Below are positions 1 to 12,069 of a DNA stretch of 38,001 nt, piece after piece; the stretch's first letter is position 1, and each line of letters begins with the position of its first letter. This stretch comes from Octopus bimaculoides (Eukaryota): the NCBI RefSeq assembly GCF_001194135.2, contig NC_068999.1, forward strand, positions 25,265,346-25,303,346, given 5' to 3'. The notes beneath the pieces are model-generated. The model worked only from the letters and a program-made list of their open reading frames with translations. It made no database searches and was not told the DNA's origin. The position numbers and the translations under genes were made by a program.

Positions 1-26
1 TATATATATATATATATATATATATA

Positions 27-1997
27 TCATCGTTGTCGTCGTTTAACGTCTGCTTTCCATGCTGGCATAGGTTGGACGGTTTGACTGAGGGCTGGCAAGC
101 CAGTAGGCTGCACTGGGCTCCAATCCAATCTGGCAAAGTTTCTACAGCTTGATGCCTTCTTAATGCCAACTACTCCAAGTGTGTAGTGGGTGCTTTTTAC
201 GTGCCACCGACACAAGAGCCAGTCACGTGGTACTGGCATCGACCACACTTGAATGGTGCTTTTTACAGGCTACCAGCATGGGAGCCAGTCAGGCGGCCCT
301 GGCAATGACCACACTCGAATGGTGCTTTTTACGTTCCACCAGCATGGGTGCCAGTCAGGTGGCATTGGCAACAATCACGCTCGAATGGTGCTTTGTACAT
401 GCCACCAGCATGGGTGCCAATCAGGTTTTACTGGCATCGGCCATGACAACGACTTTGCCAGCGCAGTTTATTAGCCAATGATTGAAGAGTATATTTAAAT
501 GGGCTGGTTATGCTACACTGGCATAGGCCATGGTTACGGTCTCACTTGACTTGCCGGGTTTTCTCAAGCATAGCACATTTCTAAAGGTCTTGGTCACTTG
601 TCATTGCCTAGGTGAGGCCCAACGCTCGAAGGTCGTGCTTCATCACCTCATCCCAGGTCTTCCTGGGTCTACCTCTTCCACAGGTTCCCTCCACTGCTAA
701 GGTGTAACACTTTTTCACACAGCTGTCCTCATCCATACACAACACATGACCATACCAGTGCTGTCATCTCTCTTGCACACCACATCTGATGCTTCTTCTG
801 TCCAACTTTTCTCTCAGGGTACTTACACTCTGTCATGTATGCACACTGACACTACACATCCAGCGAATCATGCTAGCTTCATTCCTTGCAAGCTTACGCA
901 TGTCCTCAGCAGTCACGGCCTATGTTTCACTGCCATGTAGCATGGCTGTTCACACACATGCATCATACAGTCTACCTTTTCCTCTGTGCGAGAGGCCCTT
1001 TGTCACCAGCAGAGGTAGGAGCTCTCTGAACTTTGCCCAGGCTATTCTTATTCTAGCAGCTACACTCTCAGAGCATCCATCCCAGCTACTGACTTGGTCA
1101 CATCAACTACTTGTAGTTTACCCACTGGAATGTAATGGAAGCTGTTTTCTGCACATTTTCGGTGTTTATTACTCCTGAGCATTTGCCACACACAAAAACT
1201 ATCTTCCCAGTTAGCCTTCCTTTGATATTGCTGCGCCTCTTATGTGTCCATAGCTTACACCGGGTACATCTTAGGGAGTTTCTACCAACGCCTTTTCTAC
1301 AGATCAAGCAGGGTCATCAGATCAGCAGGGATTTGTGGTTTGTCTGCCTTCCTACTTATTAAGACTGGTTTTTGCTAAATTGACCCTATGGTCCTTTGAT
1401 TCTAGACCTTGTTTTCACACCTGAAACTTCTCCTCTAGTTCAGATAGTGACTCAGCTATTAGAGCAAGGTCATCAGCATAAAGAAGCTCCCAGGGACATC
1501 CTGTCTTGAATTCCTCTGTTATTGCCTGGAGAACTATGATGAATAAGAGGGGGCTGAGGACTAATCCTTGGTGGACCCCTACCCCTACCCGGAATTCTTC
1601 ACTGTACACGTTGCCAACCTTCACCTTACTGACAGCATCCCTGTACATGGCTTGTATAGCTCTCACTAACCACTCATCTATCCCTAGTTTCCACATTGAC
1701 CACCAGATAAGGGATCGGGGACCCTGTCAAAGGCTTTTTCTATGTCAATGAAAGCCAGGTACAGAGGTTTATCTTTGGCTAGGTATTATTCCTGCAGCTA
1801 TCTTACCAGAAATATAGCATCAGTGATGCTTTTCCCTGGAACTAACCCAAACTGCATCTCATCTAGACTGACTCTCCCCCTAATTAGTTGGGCTATGACC
1901 CTCTCCATGACTTTCATTACCTGATCTAACAACTTGATACCTCTGTAATTATCCGTATCTAATGCATCACCTTTACCTTTGTAGCAGTTGACTAAGG
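27..1997 (-). mobile_element. 5'-truncated, decayed RTE-clade LINE (RT core, PHD-like insert, C-terminus, 3' UTR and GAT/GAC tail)
   Basis: Interrupted frames NYRGIKLL..MQFG, HQGLVLSPLLF, LLYADD, RIRIAWAKF, HGSET, WYGHV, RGRPRKTW. Several in-frame stops and frameshifts. The tail ends next to (TA)n. Confidence 0.93.
189..452. repeat. Four diverged 66-bp tandem units inside the RTE 3' UTR
   Basis: GGTGCTTT.TAC starts recur at 189, 255, 321 and 387. Confidence 0.9.
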
Positions 1998-2003
1998 TGC
2001 TGC

Positions 2004-2005
<2 letters not shown>

Positions 2006-2048
<43 letters not shown>

Positions 2049-2092
2049 AATAATAAATGAGTATATGCATATATACGTACAGNNNNNNNNNN

Positions 2093-2131
<39 letters not shown>

Positions 2132-2170
2132 GTATGTATAAATGTATATATATATATATATACATATATA
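2006..2170. repeat. (TA)n/(TATG)n microsatellite cluster between the RTE and the mariner
   Basis: Seen directly. Similar (TA)n, (TG)n and (CA)n tracts occur at 1-26, 11260-11305, 19856-19910, 21545-21575, 23490-23645, 25995-26030, 29615-29655, 32933-32985, 34535-34860, 36419-36449 and 37896-38001. Confidence 0.95.
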
Positions 2171-3356
2171 TGGTTGTCACACATAAAATGTCGCATTTTT
2201 CATTACTTATTATTTCAGTCATTTAAAAACTCGATTATATATACCCTTGCATTTAATCTTTCCAAACAATATTGATATACAACAATTCATACCCACAGAT
2301 CTTATGAAAATGATAACAACCAAACAACGTGGAATGATTCTCTTGTATGAATACAGACTAAGTCACTTTGCTGCAGAAGCTCTACAGAATATCAAACGGG
2401 CCTTTGGTAATGGTTTAGTTGACATAAGAACTGTTCAGTGATGGTTCTAAAGATCTCATTCAGGAGATGATAGCCTCGAAAATGAACCAAGGTGGAAGCC
2501 AAAATCAGTTACTCGGCATGAACAAGATCTGAGAACAATGGTTCAAAACTTTCATCAGAACTCCAAACATCTTGCACAACTGTTTCTCAACACTTGAAAA
2601 AATTGTCAAGAAAATGGATAGGTTTGTTCCACATAAACTGAACAAGATTCAAGCAAACAGGTGCCTGCCTCAAAGTATGCTTCTTATTGCTTTCTTGGCT
2701 GGAAAAATAACTATTCTTGCATCGAACCATTACATGTGATGAGTGATGGATACTCTTTGACAACAGCAGGAGAACAGGACAGTTATTACCCCACAAACCA
2801 CCATTGCACCCTAAAAAGTTAATGGTAATTGTATGGTGGTCTGCAAAGGGGGTTATTCATTATTCATTTTTTCAACAAGGGAAAACGGTAACAGCAACAT
2901 CGTATTGCCAGGTAATTGATTGTATGCATGAAAATTTGAAAAAGAAGCAATCCAGACCAGTGAATAGAGATGGTCCAATTTTGCTCCACGACAATGCACA
3001 TCCTCATACTTTACAAGATACAGTCCAAAAGTTGCAAAGCCTGAATTATGAGATTTTACATCCTTCCTATTCTCCTAATATCTCTCCTACTGATTATCAC
3101 TTATTTAAGCATTTTGAGCTTTTCATATGCAATGAAACATTCTTAAACAGAGAAGAGGTAATTGAAGCATTCAGACAGTTTATCACAGCAAAAGATGAAA
3201 TTTGTTTTAAAGATGGAATATATATGACTTAGAGAAATGTTGGGTAAACGTCATAAATGAACATGGATCATACTTTGATTAAATAAATTAGTCTTCTAAC
3301 ACTTCTGAAACATTTTATTGTTACCTTTCAAATACAACATTTCATGTGAAACAAGA
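2171..3356 (+). mobile_element. Decayed mariner transposon (Hsmar1/cecropia-like), near full length
   Basis: Remnants MILLYEYRL..RTVQ*WF, FVPHKL, TCDE*WILFDN, HDNAHPH, YSPNISPTDYHLF (D,D34D type). Imperfect TIRs at about 2174-2199 and 3330-3354, with TA flanks inside (TA)n. Confidence 0.92.
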
Positions 3357-3589
3357 TATATATATATATATATATATGCATACATACATGTGTGTGTGTG
3401 AGTTTATGTCTGTTCCCCACCACCACTTGGCAATTGGGGTTGGTGTGTGTACAGCCCTATTACTTACCAGTTCAGTCAGAGAGACTGATAAAATAAGTAC
3501 CAGGCTTAAAAAATAAAAAAAGTACTAGGTTGATTCATTCCATGACTTCTGAAGATATGTTCTTGGTATCAACAAAATTTATTATTTTG

Positions 3590-3770
3590 AAGTTGGAGGC
3601 ATAGTTGTATCTAGATGTGTGATTAAAACGTTCACTTCTCAACTAGGATTCAGTCACTGTGTGTGTCACTTTGGGCAAATGTCTTCTACTACAGCCTTGG
3701 ACAGACTAACACCTTGTGAGTGGATTTGGTACATGGAAACTGAAAGAGCCACTCTGTTGACAAATATGTA
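3590..3770 (+). mobile_element. tRNA-derived SINE of a second family (another copy at about 35865-35990)
   Basis: Shared core CCTTGTGAG.GGATTTGGTA.A..GAAA in both copies. Confidence 0.65.
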
Positions 3771-6142
3771 AGTGCCTGTATTTTCTGACTTATAGATTCT
3801 TAGACAACTATAAACGTGTGCACATGCGTGTGTGTATGAATATGCATATGTTTCCACATGTGTGTTTGTTTACATTTCAACTTGTCTGAAAACTGCTTAG
3901 CTGTAGTCAGTGATGTTGCTATTATTTCTTCTGTCAACGAGTCATCCACTTGCTCTGTGCCTTTGAAGACATGAAATAAGAGATCCCCTTACTTGGAAAA
4001 TAGTTAAGTTTAGTGACAGTAACAGCATCCAGCTGTAAGACATACTTCAATGATATTTTCATCTAACCCATGCTAGCATGGAAGAAATGCACTAAAAAAA
4101 TGAAATGGCTAAACAAAGGGTACACACCTGTGATTCTTCTCTTATGAATATTAAAGTATTCTATAATCTTGGACCACCACCAAAAACTGTTGATGCCCAT
4201 CCCTGCTTAGGCTGCTGATTGTATGTGAGAATCGAAAGTACTAGGAAGAGGTGGAAGAAATTTACAACTATTGAAAACTTCCTCCAATAAATATCATCAT
4301 AATAATAATTATATTTAGTTTGACTATATCAACAGCCATTTTCTCAACAAATTTAAAGCTTATATTTCTTTATTGGTGACATCTTAAGACATTTACAGGA
4401 TTTAAATTTTTAGTGAGTAACTACAGTCAGTTGTACATAATTGAATACTAAGAGGAAATGCATAGATCAAAACCTGAAGTTGTTTTATCTTAAATCAAAA
4501 AGAAGAGTTGAAATAGCCATATAACATGGAAAGTTGTATAAACGCATAAAAGGGGAGGAGATTTCATGGGGTAGTTACCATGTGTATGAAGAGCCACATG
4601 AAATCATTGATGTTAGTTACTGCATTTAAATTAAACCCACTCAAGAGTGGGTTGAAATGTTGCAATAACTTTGCATACTCTTACAGTGATTAATTGGAAG
4701 AAGAAATGAAATACACATTAAATATTAGAATAATTAAAAATCCTAATCAAAGATACAACAGCATCAGTAATGAGAGGTTGAGTAACGTAGGAATACGGAA
4801 ATCATGTGCCACTATAGAATAAACTTACAGATACAAAACCAAAACAAAAGCCGTCAGGGGAGCTCAAGATAAAAAAAACTAAACTGATCAAGTTTTATTA
4901 AAAGATACACATTATGAGATTAATAGCCTAAAACTATTTTCCATCAGTACTAATGTAGTATAAAATGAATATTTGTACATCATATTACACATGAGCACAA
5001 ATTTTAGTCAGAAAATGTTTAATGCTTAGCAAAGAACCCCTGAAATATGCCAAAAAATTTTTTTGTGTCTTTTGCATATTCATTTTATTTATTTTATCTA
5101 GTTTCAGCTCATGAGCTGTGGTCATGCTGGGAATTATTTCTTGATAACTCTCTCCCAAATATAATACAATAACAATTTGTTAGTATATGGAGCCACAGTG
5201 ATAAATACGTCTGACTTTTTCTGTTTTTTTCTTTTTTTCTAATAGAGCCTATAGTTAACAGCAGGGGAAATACAGTTGACATTAAAAGGCTAACAAAATA
5301 CAGAGTACTAATCAATTTTGAAGTCAACAGTTTCTTAGATGAATATTCATTCCAGTTACAACAAACATTATGGTAAAGTTGTTCTTATATTAACTGATTT
5401 CTTGCAAATGCTTTTCAGCTATTTGCCTCAAATGCCATGCACTCTTAGCAACTTAACAATTAAAATGTTATCCAACTCCCATTAACTGTATTGTATGTTG
5501 TTGTTGTTGTTTCGTGGAGGGGGGGGGGCATGGAATTACACATCTAAGAAATAATGATCTTGGCTGTATTCAACACCAGCAAACCTCTGATCCCTTTTTC
5601 ATAAAGCATCTTTCAAGATACTAATATTTTTTCCATTCCATATCATACTGGCTTGAACTAGTTTGTAAGAAACAATAACAAGAAGAAAACAAGGCCTTAA
5701 ACTGTAATTTAAGCTATGCAAAATAAAACTAATACAACAAATGTTTAGTCTAAAATCATCCAAATTTACAAGAAGTTACAAAGAGAACACAGTTAGGGAA
5801 GAAGCTCCAGAGGTGAATGGTCCTGGAGAAGAAAGAGGAATCAAGGTATTTAATATGAAAATCAGAGTGAGGTAGGTTTCATAGAGAAACAAAAATAGAT
5901 TTATCAAGTGGCATTTGGTGGGAATTATTTGGATAAATATAGAGGATACTCATAGTCATAGTCTTAGTAAAGATAAATAAGACTGTTCTAGATTGTTGAT
6001 AAATGAAAGTTAGCCAATCATATAAAGGATCATTTTAAAATATGTTTTGTATGTGTGTGGTGAGTGCATTTTTTTTATTCAAGGAAGTAATATTTCATAC
6101 TTTTTTTTTACGCACAGAATTTTTTTTACTTTCTTTTATCAA

Positions 6143-6355
6143 GTTGGTGAGCAGGCAGTACCATTAGCATGCTGAGCAAAATGCATAATAGTATTTCATC
6201 CATTTTAATGCTCTGAATTCAAATTCCACCAAGGTTAGCTTTGCCTTTCTTCCTTTTGGGGTCAATAAAATAAGTACCAGTTGAACACTGGGGTTGATGT
6301 AATCGACTTACCATCTCCTGAAATTGCTGGCCTTGTGCCAAAATTTAAAACTAAT
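6143..6355 (+). mobile_element. tRNA-derived SINE
   Basis: Box B-like GAATTCAAATTCC; body similar to the copy at 20601. Confidence 0.75.
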
Positions 6356-7062
6356 ATTTTCTGTCCTGTCATAAGGCAGATTTTAAATCTTTGATGCATT
6401 GGCAGATGTTCAAGTGAGAAATATTATCAGTTTTCTTTTTCTTTTAGGTCCTTCTATTGTGAATATTTTTTATATGTCCTATGAATAGCTGCATCTTAAG
6501 TTACTTGACATAATTATGGCATGTAGGTTATGAGTGGCTATATCAGTATTCATAACATTAGGCCAGATACTGAGTGTGATATAATGACATATGCAAGGAT
6601 ACAAAGTAAAACAATCTTAACTGAATTGAAGGATTCAGAAATCTAACACCAAAAAGTAAATTTCTGTAAGCTATGCAATATAAATAATCCAAGAAAACAT
6701 CACTGAAAATGACACTACACTGTGCAAAACTTTATAGGGCTTTAACATGTCTAATAAAAGAAGGATGAAACTCATAGTCTATGGTTAAGCTTTAATTTCC
6801 TATCAAAGTATTTTCGTTTCCCATGAGTTTCTAATGAAATTCTGTCACAAACGTCTATTTCCTCTGCCAGGAAATTGTAAGCCTTAGGTTAACAAACTTA
6901 ATGGTATTCTATACCTTGGATAAGGATATGAGCTGGAAAAATTACATGATGAGTTATTACTCTTAAAATTTATTTTAAAGTGTAAGAGAATTTACATGAG
7001 CTTTCACTGGATGGTTTTAGTTCAAAACTAATTTACATATTATCATTTGTTTTATAGTATTA

Positions 7063-8503
7063 CTAGCAGAAATACCCGGCGTTGCCCGGGTTAAAGAGAA
7101 TAATGAAATCTAAAAACGCCGTCTAGACTACGCATCATCTTTATATATAGAGATGTATATACACACACGCACCCAAACACACGTATATATATGTATATCA
7201 ATATAAATATATGAAAGTCAAGGAAGTTTCGTAAAAGAAGGTGATCATGTACATACTTTCTTGCTGTTGTGATTACAACACCTCATTGTAAACTATGTTC
7301 CTTGTTTTCCCTTGTGGAGCATATACAAATAGGTTTTTTGTTGCTGCCCACTCTTGAGCAGCCAACATACAGTTGTCCATGTGAGAAGCAGGGNNNNNNN
7401 NNNNNNNNNNNNNNNNNNNNNNNNNNNNNNNNNNNNNNNNNNNNNNNNNNNNNNNNNNNNNNNNNNNNNNNNNNNNNNNNNNNNNNNNNNNNNNNNNNNN
7501 NNNNNNNNNNNNNNNNNNNNNNNNNNNNNNNNNNNNNNNNNNNNNNNNNNNNNNNNNNNNNNNNNNNNNNNNNNNNNNNNNNNNNNNNNNNNNNNNNNNN
7601 NNNNNNNNNNNNNNNNNNNNNNNNNNNNNNNNNNNNNNNNNNNNNNNNNNNNNNNNNNNNNNNNNNNNNNNNNNNNNNNNNNNNNNNNNNNNNNNNNNNN
7701 NNNNNNNNNNNNNNNNNNNNNNNNNNNNNNNNNNNNNNNNNNNNNNNNNNNNNNNNNNNNNNNNNNNNNNNNNNNNNNNNNNNNNNNNNNNNNNNNNNNN
7801 NNNNNNNNNNNNNNNNNNNNNNNNNNNNNNNNNNNNNNNNNNNNNNNNNNNNNNNNNNNNNNNNNNNNNNNNNNNNNNNNNNNNNNNNNNNNNNNNNNNN
7901 NNNNNNNNNNNNNNNNNNNNNNNNNNNNNNNNNNNNNNNNNNNNNNNNNNNNNNNNNNNNNNNNNNNNNNNNNNNNNNNNNNNNNNNNNNNNNNNNNNNN
8001 NNNNNNNNNNNNNNNNNNNNNNNNNNNNNNNNNNNNNNNNNNNNNNNNNNNNNNNNNNNNNNNNNNNNNNNNNNNNNNNNNNNNNNNNNNNNNNNNNNNN
8101 NNNNNNNNNNNNNNNNNNNNNNNNNNNNNATATACATCTCTCTCTCTCTCTCTTTCTGTCTCCCTTTTTCTCTCTTTCTCTCTCTGTGAAAGTATCTGTC
8201 ACTACAGTATCGAAATGTGATTGTTTCAGTTAGTGGAATAGTTTCATTTTTAAAGTGAAAGTATTTGACAGGAGTGTTTTTGTTTCACTTTTGACACGTA
8301 ATACTTAAATAGTGGAGGAGATATTATGTTGCCGTGTGCTCGAACTCTGCAAGAAGTTAATTATTTTTTTTGACTAAAACACAACTGGAACCCTAAGTAA
8401 GGCATGTGTAAAATTTGAATGAAATTGGTTGCGTAGTTCTCGAGTTTTAGGGATTCACACAGACAGACAGACAGACACACATTCTCATTTTTATATATAT
8501 AGA
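7063..8503 (-). mobile_element. Helitron with both termini and a PIF1-type helicase C-terminal remnant; spans a 736-N gap
   Basis: On the minus strand: A^TCTATATATATAAAAATG 5' end at 8503 followed by (GTCT)n. The 3' end has the hairpin CCCGG-GCAACG-CCGGG, then CTAG^T at 7063. PCFSHGQLYVGCSRVG / NLFVYAPQGKTRNIVYNEVL* lies at 7273-7393. Confidence 0.9.
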
Positions 8504-9654
8504 TTATTATTATTATTATTTTATCTCCCTTACTTGAATTTCTGAGATAAGTTGTAACTTTTCTTTAGATATAGTCATAGATAATAGCTTCCTAGTCAAA
8601 AGTTATATTGCTATTGACTATGAGGTAGGATATCACTGTTAACAACAGGATGGGGAAAGAAGTTTTTATTTGTATTTCAACACATGCCTTCCGATGGATG
8701 GGTTTTATTACCAAAGCTAGGAGAAACTTAGGAGTCCTAATTTTATTAATAAAATGTCAAACCTAGTTAGGAGAATGCTCAGCTGTTTAGTAGCCGATAA
8801 TTGTTTATAAATGTGATCCTTGGTTAGAAATGAGATATGCGAAAAATAGGCAGACAGGAAGGAAAACAGGAAAATAAGATGAGGATGTGGGTGAAGAGAA
8901 AATTTTGTTTGCATATAAGCATATGTAACAGATAATCAGTGAGTACTGATAATCTGGCTAATTTAGAATGGGATGTAATCAGAGATCTGCAGAATATTTT
9001 AGAAAAATCTCTGGTTATGACAAAGTAATTTATAACATTTTCTTTATATTTTTATAGTTAGGGACTTTATAGTTTTAGCTTGACTTGAGAAGCAAATGTG
9101 GAATTAATTTTGTTGTTTCTCAAGCCTTCCTTTCAAGAATCTAAATTTTATGAGTCTGCTCAATCAAGGCTATCTAAATTGATATTAACCAAAGCTTTTA
9201 GCCTACTAATATCACTGGTACATACAGATTATGAAATACTAATTAAATTACAAAACAGTAGAATTAACTGTAATAGTTACAAGATATTTAAGAATTTAAT
9301 TTTCATATAGTAAACTTTATATAAATATGTTATAACCAGTGTCTACTTTTTAAGATACTGTAGTTTTTAACATAATTTAACAGATAAAAGAAAAATATTT
9401 TTTGCCATAACATATTTCATAGACTCTTTTAAGAGAAAAAAAAATGTTCATTCTAGTTGAGAAATATATTCTCATGAATTAATACCAATGGCTACCATGA
9501 AGACACCATATTAATAACAAAGAAACTAGCACTTCACAGTTTTTATTAATTTTTTATTTTAATTCATAAACATTCTTGTTGCGCCTCTGCAACTTCCTCA
9601 AATGAGTTCTTCATATTCAATATATAATGTGTTGCTGAGCAGCACCATGCATTT

Positions 9655-9655
<1 letters not shown>

Positions 9656-9695
<40 letters not shown>

Positions 9696-9706
9696 TGTGT
9701 GTGTGT

Positions 9707-9747
<41 letters not shown>
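9656..9747. repeat. Compound (AG)n(TG)n microsatellite
   Basis: Seen directly. Confidence 0.95.
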
Positions 9748-9750
<3 letters not shown>

Positions 9751-11257
9751 ATGCACACGCGCACTGTTTTTCATGTTGAATTTTGGGTAAAGTATTTTCT
9801 TTTCAGCTTTGTCTCAAGATATGTTTTATATATAGAAGCTGAAGACACCCTGAAGCTGAGATTAAATGCTTCTGAAAACAAAAATTATTTTATATAAATA
9901 AAAGTAATTTGATGGCAGTGAATTGTCATAATACTATTGTTTTGAAAACCAACAAAGCACTATTTTACTCATGTCTATAACAGTGTCTTTAATTAATTCC
10001 TAGTTCTTATAAAAATTATAGTTTATCCAAGAGAACTCATCTAACTTGTTTCTTTACAAAGTTTTCCATTGCTAACCAAACTAATAGTAAGGATCTGAAG
10101 ATACCTCCCTAAACATTAAAACGATGTTGCACTTAGATGCTCCCCTTACAACAGTTTAGTACAATACTCTGATAATCCATCAAACTACAGAATGAAGGAC
10201 GCTGTTAAAACTCTTCTCCAGTTCAAAAATTCAAGACAATGATTATGCTTTTCTCCTAACATGATACACCTAATTTCTTGCTTTCTCCCTCTTATCTACT
10301 TTCTTCCATTCTTCCCACATTTGTCAAGAGATCTTCTAACAATTCAACAAATGCAAAACAATCTTTGTTTTATAAATATATATTTTCGTAACTGCAAATC
10401 AATCAAATGATAATTGTGTCATTTCGGCAAAACTGAATAAAAGAGTTTTGTGTCTTGTTCAAGAGTATAACAATCTGTGCTGTCATTTCAGCTCCCAATT
10501 ATGTAGTTATTAGGTCTTCAAATTAATCTCATAATCCTTGTATATCTGTAATATTATCATAATTGTTAGATAAGTAACCAAATAATCAATGAGATATTAT
10601 GAAACAACATAAATTGAGAGAAAAGGATCAGAAAACAGTTAAATTAAGAAAATGTTTTTATATCATTTATTTGGAAACAAACATGGCCATCCAGTTAAAA
10701 AAATACAGGAACAAAAAAAAAAACTGAAAAACCTACAGTATATTAATGTTTTATTAAAAGTATCAGAGGGTGAATGTAAACTATTTCCTTTATTTTACCA
10801 ATTAAATATAACTAGACTTTGTTCAGATGCTTTCATAAAAACAAACTAAAAAAATAAAACATGAATAACAATATACTTCTAAAACCTTGTATCGTTGTAT
10901 ATCATATAAGCATTTCAAGAAAGAAATTCCCTCATAATATCACATACTTTAGGTTGAAGAATATTGCATGTATTTTCAAAAGACAAAGTATGTTAACATA
11001 AATGCCTAAGAAGTAAATATCTTTTCATTTTTTCCCACATATGCTGAGACATTAAAATATTCTTCTTTGTAAAAACTTGAGAGTTCTGGCAGTGATTTCA
11101 AACTTTGATAAAGACAGCAGATATATATTATTAGACATGTGTGAGATGTTCGAAAACCCCATTACAATTAAATAGGAAAACAGGCCATTACATCAATATT
11201 AATACACACACATTGACATATTTAAACCTACCATATACACACACACACATTCACATA

Positions 11258-11306
<49 letters not shown>

Positions 11307-11759
11307 ATGTAGAAAGAGAAAGAGAAATATATGAGTGTATATGTGAGAAAATGCACACATATGCATTTATTTGTGTTTGTGTGTGTGACTGTTTGTATCA
11401 GGGAGTAAATAAGAAAAAAAAAGTCATATAGTACTTTTAGACTTTAGCTTTATAAAAGAAAAAAATATAACAATAGTGAAAAGAGGATTCCTTCAGCTTT
11501 TAGTTTCCAAAAGATGTTGACACAGTATTAGCACCATTTGAAGAACTGAATAAACATCAGTAGATCAGCTTCTAATATATTACAAAAACGAATATTAATG
11601 GAAGTAACTACTGAAGATCCAACCACAATTCAATATTGTTGTCATCAGCAAGAAAAATAATATTGATCTTAGTAGCTTAGCAATGTTGCATTGACTTAGT
11701 ATACATTCTCCCCTCAATTTGAATGTTGTTCATTTGTTACTTGAATTAGCGTGATTTTT

Positions 11760-11765
11760 TTTATT
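11760..11765 (-). terminator. Candidate proximal poly(A) signal AATAAA of the collagen gene
   Basis: First AATAAA on the minus strand after the stop codon (about 47 nt downstream). Many other AATAAA hexamers lie further on in AT-rich DNA, so usage is unknown. Confidence 0.3.
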
Positions 11766-11811
11766 ATCATAGTCTTAGGCTGTAATTTAGTGATAGAACA
11801 GTAACACTAGG

Positions 11812-12069
11812 TTAAGATACTCGCATACACACTTTGCATCTGCCTACACGTCGACGCTGTGCACCAGCTTTCAATGTTTCACTCAAAGGTCGTGAGAACT
11901 GAGCTGACCGGTCAATTGTAGCCATCCAGAAAGATATTGATGTTGAATAATAATTACAAGAGCCACGACCACCCTGGCATTCAATAAATGGTTGGTTTCG
12001 GAAATCTTCAAGACAGGAACCAGCTGATTCAAGTGGTTGCCCTGACCCTTCAATAACACCACTTGTGTA
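11812..12069 (-). CDS. COL4A1: Collagen IV terminal coding exon R (258 nt including TAA), NC1 C-terminal half
   Basis: [85 protein letters not shown]; acceptor CTCATTTCAG; absent from the ORF track. Confidence 0.97.
   Translation of the reverse strand, partial: YTSGVIEGSGQPLESAGSCLEDFRNQPFIECQGGRGSCNYYSTSISFWMATIDRSAQFSRPLSETLKAGAQRRRVGRCKVCMRVS

Noticed and set aside
179-481. Repetitive ORFs 179-481 and 253-474, or a CRISPR-like array
   Set aside because: They are produced by the 66-bp tandem units of a LINE 3' UTR. There are no unique spacers and the context is eukaryotic.
789-1178. Plus-strand ORFs over 746-1924
   Set aside because: They are antisense shadows of the RTE RT.
5515-5528. 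Poly-G run as a G-quadruplex element
   Set aside because: It is a single short homopolymer in intergenic DNA with no supporting context.
7269-8220. Four ORFs of about 300 aa in the ORF track
   Set aside because: They run through the 736-N gap. Only the flanking Helitron helicase remnant is real.
8620-9060. Possible very old CR1-like RT remnants (also near 5700-7000 and 13900-14550)
   Set aside because: I found only vague motif resemblance and no diagnostic motif I can support without a search.
9602-9897. ORFs rich in CV, YI, HT or ER repeats here and at many other loci
   Set aside because: They are translations of dinucleotide microsatellites.
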